Source: Octopus bimaculoides (lineage: Eukaryota). From it: a DNA stretch of 42,276 nucleotides. The position numbers and the translations under genes are program-made. The stretch's first letter is position 1. Each line of letters opens with the position of its first letter. This document shows positions 11,357-23,564 of the stretch, piece by piece. The notes under the pieces are model-generated. The model saw only the letters and a list, made by a program, of their open reading frames with translations. It did not search any database and was not told the DNA's origin. The stretch is taken from positions 133,168,302 to 133,210,577 of the forward strand of contig NC_068983.1 of the NCBI RefSeq assembly GCF_001194135.2, given 5' to 3'.

Positions 11357-14300
11357 ATTGTTCAGTAGTTTTATTTTTATAGCGTGCTTTCACTTCACTG
11401 CCGAGCGCAGCTCTGTCTGCCTTGGGTATGTTCTGTGGTTTGGTGTGATGCTCTTATAGTTACTGTATTGAAAGTGTTTTACGTATGATGTGTATGGTGC
11501 CTAGTAGTGACATTTTCTGTATATTATATATATTTGTTAGTCTTTGAATTTTTATTATATATTTGTCTGAATATTTTTTCTCATACCGATATTGAATATT
11601 TTTTTATCATACCGATAATTCCTATTATGATAGGAATTATTTTTGTTTTTAGATTCCACATTTGAGGTACCTCTGTTTCCAGGTCTTTGTATTTTGAAAT
11701 TTCTTTTCGAGAAACGCTGTCATCTGTTGGTACTGATACATAAATTAGAAAGCATTTTCTTATTGAGGATCTCTGACAACTATATCTGGACTATTAGCCT
11801 TAGTTTCTCTATCTGTGTATATTGGCATATCCCATGGTATGGTTGCTTTCTCATTTTCTGTGACCTTTTCTCGCGTATGCCTATACCATCTTTTTTCTGT
11901 CGTTTTTCCATAGTGTTGGTATAGCTTCCAGTGTATATGTTGGTCCTAGCTCTGTCGTTTCAGTGAATATATTTCTCCTTAGACAGGACTGGGCAGCCAG
12001 AAACAAATATGATTTATTGTTTCTTGTCTATCTCCACATACTCTGCAGTTACTTGTTATATTTCTTTTCCTTATATGTTTTTGGTAATTTCTGGTAGCGA
12101 GGATTTGGGTTTTATGGTGCAATTAAAAATCTTTCAGTCTTTTCTTTGAGTCTTGAGGTTCTCAGCTATTGTTAGATAGTTCCTTTGTCTATTTCTTTTG
12201 CGTTTAGTTTAACCTAGTATTTGCAATGAAGGGGTTTTTCTTGCCATCGTCTTATCATGATCCGTTGCTGTTCCAGTTTTTGTTTGGATTTAATTTTTTT
12301 ACAGCTTTTGTTTGTTTTTCTTCTTCATAGTTGTTAGTTAGTATGATTTCTTGTTTGTATTTGTCAGCTTCCTTAAAGACTGAAAACAGTTTTTTATGTT
12401 CGTTTTTTTTTTGTTTGTGGCTATATGTATTAGTTTTCCTTGCTTCTGAAGTAGGTATTTTGTAGTCCTATGGCGGTTATATTGTAATAGTTTTCTAGCT
12501 GCATAAAGCCTCTACCACCTTTTATATATCGTAAATATCACTTTTCTATGTCAGATTTTGCGTGGTGCAACCTAAATCCTGTCGTTATTTTTCTTGTTTT
12601 CCTGTCTATTTTGATTACTCCATTTTCTGTCCAGTTAAGGATGTTGTAATTTTAACTTATAACTTGGACAGCTAAAGTGTCGTTATCTATTATCTTGTTT
12701 TTCGCATTGAGCTTTGTTTTCAGTATTAATCTAACTCGTCTATAGTATTCATTTTTTATTTTCTCTTCACATTTGAGTTTGTTGTATCGTATCTAGTTCA
12801 TTGATTCCTAAGTATTTGTATGTCTGGCTTGGGTCTAATTCTCTTATTTCATTTGCGTTATCTAGTGTGATGTTACTACACTTAACTAGCTTTCCTCTTT
12901 CTAAGGTTGATTTGGTACATTTTTCTAACCCAAATTTCATGTTTATTTCTTTGGTAAATCGATATACTGTCTGTAGTAATGTTTCCAACTGTTTATCAGT
13001 GTAGTTTTAGGTCATCCATATATAAGAGGTGGCTGATTGTTTTGCCGTGACAGTTGTATCCGCATCCATTTCTGTTTAGCATGTCAGATAAAGGTGTCAG
13101 TGACAAGCAGAAAATGAGGGGAGAGAGCGTGTCTCCCTGGAATATTCCTCTTCTAATGGGGGTAGTTTTGGTTTTTATGAGTATCTCTTTTGTCTGGAGC
13201 TGTAGCACTGTCTGCCATTTATTCATGAAATGCGTTATATATTTATGATTATTGGTGCTACCTTGTTCATGTCTAGTGTTTCTAGGATCCATGTGTTGGG
13301 AACGTTATCAAAAGCCTCTTGGTAATCGATCCAGGCCATACTTAGATCCTTCTTTCTACGACTGTCTTTAGTTATGGCTTTATTGATCATTAGTTGATCT
13401 TTACAGCTGTATGAGCCCTTGGAGCATCCTTTCTGCTCTTCTGGAAACAGTTTGTTTTCTTCCAATGTTTGCTCATTCCCAGCGATATTATTGCAGTAAA
13501 GGTTTGGTAAATTGTAGGGAGACAAGTTATTGGTCTGTAATTCAGGGGGTTTGCCGTGTCAGTGGATTTAGGATTTAGGATAATTTTTCCTTCCGTGAGC
13601 CATGCAGGCATTATCTCTGACTCTGCTATTATGTCACTTAAATTTCTCAACCAGCTTTTTGTGTGTTCCTGTCAGATATTTTAACCAGAATTTGGGGATC
13701 TTGTCATGCCCGGGTGCCTTCCAGTTTCTTAGTTTATGCAGTACCTGGGTAACCTCTTCAGTTGTTATTGTGGTCCAAAGTTGTTCAATTGTGTTCATTG
13801 TTTTGATAGATCTTTTCTGAGGTTGTTCCTTTGCCGACCATATTTTTTTCCAAAATTCTTCCACTTCTGCTGTTGGTGCTTTATTGATGTCTATTTTATT
13901 TTTGCCAAGTTTTTGGAAGAATCTTTTGGGGTTGGAGTTGAACTGTTTGTTTTGTTCAACGAAACATTGGCGTTTCTCGTACAGGCGGATCCATTGTGCT
14001 TTGGCGAGGATATCATGCTTTAGCTATTCTTTTACCTCAGGTATACTTTGTTTGTAAAGTTTGTATTTTCACAGTATTTTTGTTTTCTTCTTGTTCCTTA
14101 GTAGTGTTGATTGTCTACTAACTTCGTTAAGAATTGACAGATATTTTCTCTGGTTTTCTATTTTTTCTGGATATTATTTATCCACAGGGTTTTTTGGGGA
14201 GGTGATACTCCTGTTTGGATGTGTTTAAGGGAGTATCCAGCTTCTTTTGTGACCACAGAGGATACTGCATGTATCATATCATTTGACCTGGTGATATTGA

Positions 14301-15010
14301 CATTTGTTTCTGTGGCTATTAGGTCTGTGACGGCCAGGTTCATGCTGTTTATTATTGATGTTATTTTAGTATCAATTTTAATTTGTGGGAGGTACAATTC
14401 GGTGGTCCATACTGAGATCTGTGGCTTTCAATTCTTCGATTATTGTCATTTTTAGAGTATCATAATCATTAGGTTTACCTTCACTGTTTCCAGGTTTTAG
14501 ATTTGTTTCGGACTGCCTCCCGTTCAGATTTTTGTCTGTATTCTGGTTTGGTGTATTTTGCTCATCATTATACATTCCTAGTCAGGTTTTGTCTTTCGTT
14601 GTTTACTTCGCTTTTATTGAAAATGATACGCTTATCTTCGTGTTTTACAGTCCCAGTGCTTATGATATTATTTGGCATTGGTGTGCGGTTAATATCTACA
14701 TTTACCTGATGTATTTTTCCTTTTAAGTGTTCTATTTCTATTTCTGATATTTTCTGTTTTGAGAATATATAGGGTTCATTGCTGTATCCAAGTCTTTATC
14801 TAGGTTATTTTTCTTTCAGATTTTATATGTATATGTTGTGTTCCGTTCTTTGGGTAGAGCACTGCTGTAAAATAAGCGTGTAGGATTGAAATATATTCCT
14901 CACGCATCCATTTATGCTTTTTTGATTTTATTTGCAAGACATGAGGAATAAGTCCGGCCCTTTATTTTGACGGTCATCATTTTTGTAGGGTACCAGTCCG
15001 CTCATTTCTG
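11357..15010 (-). mobile_element. Near full-length degraded R4/Dong-like non-LTR retrotransposon (copy B): N-terminal region, RT, CCHC zinc knuckle, RLE
   Basis: Frameshifted pieces: KWMREEYISILHAYF; NWKAPGHDKIP; [12 protein letters not shown]; EEQKGC; [12 protein letters not shown]; GIFQGDTLSPL; ISHLLYMDDLKL (YMDD at 13011-13022); CRVC-x8-H-(frameshift)-VSGC near 11994-12047; NSPDIVVRD..SKYKDLE. About 3.5 kb coding span. Clade assignment from recalled motifs. Confidence 0.92.
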
Positions 15011-15396
15011 GCGTTAAATGGTTTTGCACTTGTAAATTCGCGTACTTTTTGTGTAACAAGTTTAAAGTACCTACTTCCCGATTGTAATTCTTGAATCGAA
15101 TAATACAGGTATTATTCAATTTATTTTCAATTGTTTGTGCATGGTGTTTGTGGACAGAGATAGGCTGGAGTTCCTTGGATCGTAATGTGGCGAACGTGTT
15201 TATATGTGCTGTCCGAGCAACAGAGAAGATACATAGTTAAAATACATCATTTCATTTGAAAAATAGAAATAATTTTCAATGAGTATTACTTAATCGGATA
15301 TAGTCCAACACTTTGTCAGTTATTGTTGGCTCCATATGATGTCTTTATTCCCGATGTTTTTGGATAAATTTCGGAGCAGTGTTTTATCGCTTTCAC

Positions 15397-15788
15397 ATTA
15401 TTATTATTATTATTGTTCAGTAGTTTTATTTTTATAACGTGCTTTCACTTCACTACCGAGCGCAGCTCTGTGCGCCTTGGGTATGTGCTGTGGTTTGCTG
15501 TGGTGCTTTTATGTTTACTGTATTGAAAGTGTTTTGCGTAGAATGTGTGCAGTACCCAGTAGTGCAATTTTCTGTATGTTACATATATTTGTAAGTCCTG
15601 GTATTTTTGTTATGTATTTGTCTGAGTATTTTTTAATTATACCTAAGGCACCTACTATGATAGGAATTGTTTCTGTTTTTAGACTCCACATTCGAGTTAT
15701 CCCTATTTCCAGGTCTTTGTATTTTGAAAGTTTTTCCATTTCTTTTCGAGAAACGTTGTCATCTGCTGGTATCGATACATCAATCAGA
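15397..15788 (-). mobile_element. R4/Dong-like LINE 3' end (copy C), runs into a gap
   Basis: ORF 15515-15739 EKLSKYKDLEIGITRMWSLKTETIPIIVGALG...LLGTAHILRKTLSIQ*; (AAT)n tail at 15397-15414. Confidence 0.92.
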
Positions 15789-16798
15789 NNNNNNNNNNNN
15801 NNNNNNNNNNNNNNNNNNNNNNNNNNNNNNNNNNNNNNNNNNNNNNNNNNNNNNNNNNNNNNNNNNNNNNNNNNNNNNNNNNNNNNNNNNNNNNNNNNNN
15901 NNNNNNNNNNNNNNNNNNNNNNNNNNNNNNNNNNNNNNNNNNNNNNNNNNNNNNNNNNNNNNNNNNNNNNNNNNNNNNNNNNNNNNNNNNNNNNNNNNNN
16001 NNNNNNNNNNNNNNNNNNNNNNNNNNNNNNNNNNNNNNNNNNNNNNNNNNNNNNNNNNNNNNNNNNNNNNNNNNNNNNNNNNNNNNNNNNNNNNNNNNNN
16101 NNNNNNNNNNNNNNNNNNNNNNNNNNNNNNNNNNNNNNNNNNNNNNNNNNNNNNNNNNNNNNNNNNNNNNNNNNNNNNNNNNNNNNNNNNNNNNNNNNNN
16201 NNNNNNNNNNNNNNNNNNNNNNNNNNNNNNNNNNNNNNNNNNNNNNNNNNNNNNNNNNNNNNNNNNNNNNNNNNNNNNNNNNNNNNNNNNNNNNNNNNNN
16301 NNNNNNNNNNNNNNNNNNNNNNNNNNNNNNNNNNNNNNNNNNNNNNNNNNNNNNNNNNNNNNNNNNNNNNNNNNNNNNNNNNNNNNNNNNNNNNNNNNNN
16401 NNNNNNNNNNNNNNNNNNNNNNNNNNNNNNNNNNNNNNNNNNNNNNNNNNNNNNNNNNNNNNNNNNNNNNNNNNNNNNNNNNNNNNNNNNNNNNNNNNNN
16501 NNNNNNNNNNNNNNNNNNNNNNNNNNNNNNNNNNNNNNNNNNNNNNNNNNNNNNNNNNNNNNNNNNNNNNNNNNNNNNNNNNNNNNNNNNNNNNNNNNNN
16601 NNNNNNNNNNNNNNNNNNNNNNNNNNNNNNNNNNNNNNNNNNNNNNNNNNNNNNNNNNNNNNNNNNNNNNNNNNNNNNNNNNNNNNNNNNNNNNNNNNNN
16701 NNNNNNNNNNNNNNNNNNNNNNNNNNNNNNNNNNNNNNNNNNNNNNNNNNNNNNNNNNNNNNNNNNNNNNNNTATATATATATATATATATATATGCA

Positions 16799-17152
16799 TG
16801 CCCAATTGATGGCCTATAAGATGCACGTGTGCATAGGACGCACCCTAGCCTTGGCTATTCCTTTGTAAAATAAATTACCACTAAAATAATGTTTTAATTC
16901 CTCCACTTACCTTTATAACTTCATGTTATTACCTGTTATTATAAGTAATTTATTGCATCCACATTCGATATAAACATAGCGCAGGCGATTGTTCACCAAC
17001 AGTAGACAGCACACATTTTGTAAACATGCATACCATTTTGTAAACATGCATACCATTTTGAGCGAGTTTTGAACCTACAATGAGTGCATTGGACGTAGGG
17101 GGATTTTGGGGTAAAAATAAAAAAGGTGGGTCTTACAGGCCATCAATACAGC
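16799..17152. mobile_element. MITE with terminal inverted repeats, pogo/Tigger-like
   Basis: ATTGATGGCCTATAAGA (16805-16821) and TCTTACAGGCCATCAAT (17131-17147) are 16/17 reverse complements; internal TATAAGATGCAC/TAGGACGCAC subrepeat; (TA)n on both sides; no ORF. Confidence 0.75.
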
Positions 17153-17754
17153 ATATATACATATATATATATATTTCCATATATATATATGTATATACGT
17201 AGGTATGATTACTAACTATATTGTGTATCCTATACTTAATGTGACGAAGAGTTGTGAAATACGAACAAATACGTGGGAAACTGAAAACTATACCAAAAAT
17301 GCATAGAAATAAAACAAAATTTGTTAATATAAATAAGCACAAAGCATAAATTTTAATAAAATCAAAAAAAATAATGAAGAAAATATAAATGTTAAGTGCC
17401 ATGTTGAATATGAAACCTTATTGATTGGTTAATAAAAGAATCGTTATTACTACCTCTTCATCTTCCCCACCTATCTCTCTCTTTCTGTAAATACACATGT
17501 ACGTAAACTATGTCAATTGTAGTTGTCCCCTTGCTATTATCAATATTTCATGGATGGCGTCGATTACAGTGTGTATATAGTTGTTTTATTTATAAACCAA
17601 ACAACCAATGGCAACATAGTAAGCAAGATTTATATTTGTAGTAAAGGTATAGGAGAGACTTCATTACCTGATATTATATCCAGTCATTAACATCAATTAT
17701 TTCTTTTTATTGGTTTCAAATGTTGGCAGAAGACAAGCAAATTCGGAGGAGAGA

Positions 17755-17890
17755 GTAGATCAATTACATCGACCCTATTCCTCAATTGGTAAATGTTTTG
17801 TCGATAGCGAAAGGATGAAAGAGTTCAAAAAGAATTTGAACTCAGAACGTAAAGATGGACTAAATGGCATGAAGCAATTTTACCAACGTG
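17755..17890 (-). mobile_element. Degraded SINE, same family as 18745-19122
   Basis: GAATTTGAACTCAGAACGTAAAGA, AAAGGATGAAAG and TTACATCGACCC motifs are shared. Confidence 0.75.
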
Positions 17891-18000
17891 TAGAGACCCT
17901 CCAGACACACACACTTGTATATACATATGTATGTATATACTTGTGTTCTTCTCTGCCTGTATGAGTACAAATAAACATGCATATCTATATATATATATAT

Positions 18001-18104
18001 AACAGTAACATCCACCCTTAGGGGTCAGCCACGTTTAAGTGGCAAATATACTTCACCTTGTCGTGCAGTTACTGTTAATACATCGTTCAGAGATTTAACG
18101 TTGC
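18001..18104. repeat. Dispersed ~105-bp structured repeat, copy 1
   Basis: Aligns with 30544-30646; AACAGTAAC/GTTACTGTT closing stem and two internal hairpins. Confidence 0.9.
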
Positions 18105-18744
18105 TTATATATATATATATATATATATNNNNNNNNNNNNNNNNNNNNNNNNNNNNNNNNNNNNNNNNNNNNNNNNNNNNNNNNNNNNNNNNNNNNNNNN
18201 NNNNNNNNNNNNNNNNNNNNNNNNNNNNNNNNNNNNNNNNNNNNNNNNNNNNNNNNNNNNNNNNNNNNNNNNNNNNNNNNNNNNNNNNNNNNNNNNNNNN
18301 NNNNNNNNNNNNNNNNNNNNNNNNNNNNNNNNNNNNNNNNNNNNNNNNNNNNNNNNNNNNNNNNNNNNNNNNNNNNNNNNNNNNNNNNNNNNNNNNNNNN
18401 NNNNNNNNNNNNNNNNNNNNNNNNNNNNNNNNNNNNNNNNNNNNNNNNNNNNNNNNNNNNNNNNNNNNNNNNNNNNNNNNNNNNNNNNNNNNNNNNNNNN
18501 NNNNNNNNNNNNNNNNNNNNNNNNNNNNNNNNNNNNNNNNNNNNNNNNNNNNNNNNNNNNNNNNNNNNNNNNNNNNNNNNNNNNNNNNNNNNNNNNNNNN
18601 NNNNNNNNNNNNNNNNNNNNNNNNNNNNNNNNNNNNNNNNNNNNNNNNNNNNNNNNNNNNNNNNNNNNNNNNNNNNNNNNNNNNNNNNNNNNNNNNNNNN
18701 NNNNNNNNNNNNNNNNNNNNNNNNATACTTTTCTCTTGTAGGCA

Positions 18745-19122
18745 AAAGGGCTGAATTATTTTAGGAAGGGGGCAGTCGATTAGACCGATCTCAGTACGCA
18801 ACTGGTACTTAATTTGTCGAACCCCAAAAGAAGGCAAAGTCGACCTCGACGGAATTTGAATACTGAACGTAAAGACAGTCGAAATACCTATTTCGTTATT
18901 GCCCACAAGGGGCTAAACATAGAGGGAACAAACAATAACAGACGAACGGATTAAGTCGATTACATCGACCCCAGTGCGTAACTGGTACTTAATTCATCGA
19001 CCCCGAAAGGATGAAAGGCAAAGTCGACCTCGGCGGAATTTGAACTCAGAACGTAACGGCAGACGAAATACCGCTAAGCCTTTCGCCCGGGGTGCTAACG
19101 TTTCTGCCAGATCACCGCCTTA
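18745..19122 (-). mobile_element. Dimeric tRNA-derived SINE
   Basis: Minus: GGCGGTGATCTGGCAGAAACGTTAGC...GAGTTCAAATTCC (B-box-like)...GTCGACTTTGCCTTTCATCC; the unit from GTATTTCG onward occurs twice, separated by a ~65-bp linker. Confidence 0.88.
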
Positions 19123-19457
19123 TTATATGAGCAGAATATTAATTCTTCAAATTTACTGTAACATCAAAAAGAATATTAATGTTGTAGTGATAACAAATAT
19201 AATGTCCACTTGGCCCTAATACATGAATGTTCATATAGCGTTACTTAAATAGTATTGGTATTTTCAGAGCCCTGCGGGAATCATAAGCATAGAATCATTA
19301 CTAAGTTTGACGAAATGATGACTTCGGCCAACATTGATTTTATAACATACACGCACGCGAAAACAACTTGCTTTTATACGCATTACTACCACACACACAT
19401 ACACACACATATATATACATACATATGGGTGATCGTGTGTGTGTATATATATATGTG

Positions 19458-19567
<110 letters not shown>

Positions 19568-19601
19568 AGTGTGTGTGTACATACATATATATACACATAT
19601 A

Positions 19602-19910
19602 CGAGGTTCGGCTGAAAAGTTCATAGGCTGACCAGTATACACTCATAGTATGTGACTAAATGACGTTTGTTTTTCAACATAATCTTCTTTGCGGTCCACA
19701 AACTTCCTCCATCGGTGTTTTAATGGCCTCGAGCACATTAATGAAGAATCTTTCATTCTGTTGGTCAAATATATCACCAACAACATTTAGGACATCATCA
19801 CACTGCGATACTAATTTCCAGCTAATTGTGTTTTCATGTTGGGCAACAGATAATAATCAGATGAGTTAAAACAAGAGAATAGGGAAGCTGATCAACCAGG
19901 TCAAAGCCAC
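19602..19910 (-). mobile_element. Mariner transposon 3' remnant (transposase C-terminus and TIR)
   Basis: Broken minus frames PYS..SDYYLLPNMKTQLAG..DDVLNVVGDIFDQQNERFF..HRWRKFVDRKEDYVEK; terminal TA-CGAGGTTCGGCTGAAAAGTTCATAGGCTGAC at 19600-19632. Confidence 0.85.
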
Positions 19911-21375
19911 AGCCATTGAATCTGCAGAAAGGAAATTGTTTTTAGTAATGTTTGAAAAGTTGAACAATGAAAGCGCTTACACACAATGCGATAAACATCT
20001 TACCCAAGTGTTCATACCGTTCTCTTTTTAATTAATTTTTTTTTTGTAGTAATTAATAACATTTAAGAAAATCTTTCTTTAAATACTGTGGTTGTATCAA
20101 GTATTTTTTGCAACAACTTTTAAATATAAATCTATATATATCGTCATGTCTTGGTAATGTGATATGTTTTGCTTGTATTAAATAGCGTTATACACAGATG
20201 CACAGATTTTCTTAAAATCTTCTGCAGGTTCGCTTACAAGCGAATGCATGAACATTCACTAGTGAAACTGCTTTACTTCACATTTTTCTATAACACCTCT
20301 GAAGTAAGTGCACTACATAAGAGAAAATAAAGTCTTTTATAACTTTTATGTACTTATTTAGGAACTCGTGTGTGCATTTATATATATANNNNNNNNNNNN
20401 NNNNNNNNNNNNNNNNNNNNNNNNNNNNNNNNNNNNNNNNNNNNNNNNNNNNNNNNNNNNNNNNNNNNNNNNNNNNNNNNNNNNNNNNNNNNNNNNNNNN
20501 NNNNNNNNNNNNNNNNNNNNNNNNNNNNNNNNNNNNNNNNNNNNNNNNNNNNNNNNNNNNNNNNNNNNNNNNNNNNNNNNNNNNNNNNNNNNNNNNNNNN
20601 NNNTATATATATATATATAGTTGTATATATATATATATAGTTGTAAGAAGTTATAGAAAATACGTATCAAATTTATAAAAATGTATTAGTGCACAGTGTT
20701 ACGTAATTCTGTTCCAACACTAATTGGCAATTCAAAGTCTATGCGTGATTTATATCTGACGATTGAGTGATTTATGAACAGGCAGACTCAGAAACAAGGC
20801 GTGTCTCTTAAACTAATGAATCACAACTAGTCTCAAACGTGAAGTCTTCTGTTGTTAACTGAGGAGGTTTACTGTGGATATTCTGTGTTCATAATTGTCT
20901 AAGAGGTTGGTTTTGTAGTTAATATTTAAAATAATTAAGCACAGCTATATATACATATGTGTGTGTTTGTGTGTGTGTGTATGTGTGTATGTGTGTGCGT
21001 GTGTGCTTGTGCGTGTGTGTTGTATATGTGTATACGCACATACGTACATAACAGTGTATGTATATGTGCGAGTGGATCAGAACAAAAAATATATGTATGT
21101 GCAACACGTTGTAAGCAACTCACGAACATGTATACACAAAAATATGAGCATATGTGCCCTGCACACATGTTTTCAGAGAGAGAGAAAGAGAGATAAACTC
21201 GTGTACATAAATAACTTGCAATTACGTACGTGTTGTAAAGTTTCTGTTTTCAACGTTGCTACAGGAAATTGTGCGGTAAAAAAAATATATATATATATAA
21301 TGTATAATTTTCTTGAAACGTCAATATACATACACGTACACAAACATATAGACAGGTGATTAGATTTGTTTTTAC

Positions 21376-21416
<41 letters not shown>

Positions 21417-22571
21417 TTTGGACGTATATGTGTATATGTATGTATGTGCGTATGGATGTATGGATGCATGTGTGTGTGTTTGTCTGTATGTATGTATGAA
21501 TGTATGTATGTATATATGCATGCGTGTAAGCATATATTATTGTATTATGGAATGGAATAAAAGTATAAACAAACAAGCAACCGGTATCAGGTCAGGTTAA
21601 TGCTCTTATTCTATTATATACGTACTCTGCCTATCTTCATGCAGCAATTACATCCCTACTATTCAAGCTGGAGATTTAGTAAAAAAATCAGCCTGAGTAC
21701 TAACTGTATGTAACTATCACCTGATGTCACTAATGCAATAGTGCTGTATGTAAGTATGTTTATATGTATCAGAATCCAGATTATCTGGATATTGTAAATT
21801 CAGTGTTTGCACATCATACCAACCACCACACTACAAAAATATCAGCATGAATTTGTATCATTAGTATATAATATTAGCAAGATCTTCTTTAAGTGTAATC
21901 GTAAATATTTTCTTACATATCAACTGTACTACCAACTCTACCAACATTATTTTTCTTCTCGCAAAATCAATCTTAGTTCATCTACATCTATATATCACTG
22001 ACCACCGGGTGAAAACTTCATATCAATTATGAGACACCAATATGAATTGCGTTCATAATACATAATAGTCACACAAATGCTTAATATTATAGTTCTATAT
22101 CAACGTCGTCAGTCAGCGCCATGAGAAAATTACATTGAATTTCAAAAGATGCAGATGAAGATAACAACGCTTCGTTGTCAGTATATGTTTGGAACTCTGA
22201 TGAGAAATTTAAGACAGATTGTTCAAAAGTGAAAAATGAAACAGTAATATAGTTAGGCGAATTTCGTGTCTGTTATATGGACTTTCGAAATATATACTAC
22301 GTATATGTTTACAATAAATATATTAACCTTGGTAAGTAAACTGAATCGATATGTTGGCACCAAATTAAATTTACACTGTAAAACGCTATTCTTCCCAATA
22401 ATTTATATTTTGGTTTTTCAGCAATAGGAAAATTATGAACGAGAAAATGAAATTTTTTGTAAATACTATTAATGCCCAAGAACTTGCCTCATATTTTCTA
22501 GAAAATCTGAATACTTTTCTGTTTTTCTGGTACAGTCCTTCTTTTCTACCATCTAAATATTTCCTTTTATC

Positions 22572-23045
22572 GTCATCGAAAATGATAATGCAAATATCCT
22601 AAGGGATTTTATGATTCAGTGCGACCATGAGATAGCGAATAGAAAGCCAGACATAGTCTTAATTGAGAAAGAAAGCAAACTATGGTGGATCATAGATATA
22701 GCATACCTAAGTGACAACACGGTATGCGATAAGGAAGAAAGAAAAGTCAATAGATATCAGGTTAGCTTGGGAAGTTAAGCAGTTGTGGTCGATGCAAAAG
22801 GTGGTAGTAGTACCATAATTGTCGGAGCCCTGGGAACTGTGTCGAGAAGTACATGGAACAAATAGGGGCTGCAATAAGGTGGAGCACTTGTAGAAAACAG
22901 CACTGTTTGGAACCGCTCGAATACTCTGGAAGGTGCTCGAAAAATGACAGATGTTACTTTAGTTCACTGGTTGTGAGCAGCTGACACCGTAGTACATCTC
23001 CAGCGTTAGAAGCTGTGCAAAAGTAATAATAATGATGATGATGTT
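22572..23045 (+). mobile_element. 3' fragment of an RLE-type LINE (family 3)
   Basis: VIENDNANILRDFMIQCDHEIANRKPDIVLIEKESKLWWIIDIAY..DKEERKVNRY, frameshift, LAWEVKQLWSM..IVGALGTV..TALFGTARILWKVLEK*; tail TAATAATAATGATGATG. Confidence 0.88.
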
Positions 23046-23049
23046 AACA

Positions 23050-23412
23050 ATAACAAGAATACTCAGAGATCACAAACCTCCGCCAAGGCAACACCAACAC
23101 TTTCTCAATGATTGGCCTGAGATGATTTTTAAAATGAGAATATCTGAAATAAACTCGACTGCTCTCACAAATGAGAAAACTAAAAATGAACCCGACCGCT
23201 CTCAAAAGTTAAGCAAAAAAGAAACACGGGAAAAATAATCCAGAATCCTTCTCCGGCTCCGGATCGATCCCAGAATCTAATCAGTCAGAAGGACAAACAT
23301 CTATGAAAGTTTCACCCGAAACCATCCAGGGGTTTTTGAGATACCTTGTTCACGGAAAAAAACAACACGACTGAAAAACAATACATCCGCCTTCGTTAGG
23401 GCGGAGGTAATA
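23050..23412 (+). mobile_element. Putative Helentron-associated non-autonomous (HINE/DINE-1-like) element
   Basis: Subterminal inverted repeats ACCTCCGCC (23076-23084) / GGCGGAGGT (23400-23408), 3' hairpin TCCGCC-N8-GGCGGA, no ORF. Confidence 0.6.
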
Positions 23413-23462
23413 ACGGTTTCAGATGTAGGAATGATTGCAGAGCAACGTAAAAGGAAGTATTT

Positions 23463-23535
23463 CGCTCAAGAACACAACACACCACTCGGTTTCGGAATCG
23501 AAACTGTGATCTCGCGATCGTGAGTGCGTCACTCT
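23463..23535 (-). mobile_element. tRNA-derived SINE head fragment
   Basis: Minus CACAGTTTCGATTCCGAAACC (B-box-like) followed by GTGGTGTGTTGTGTTCTTGAGCG; resembles the head of the SINE at 40000-40445. Confidence 0.65.
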
Positions 23536-23564
23536 ATCATACATATATACATACATACATACAT

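Noticed and set aside
17014-17060. 20-bp tandem repeat (2.3 copies); similar short arrays at 9905-9950 and 31268-31345
   Set aside because: Local slippage duplications without unique spacers; not CRISPR-like.
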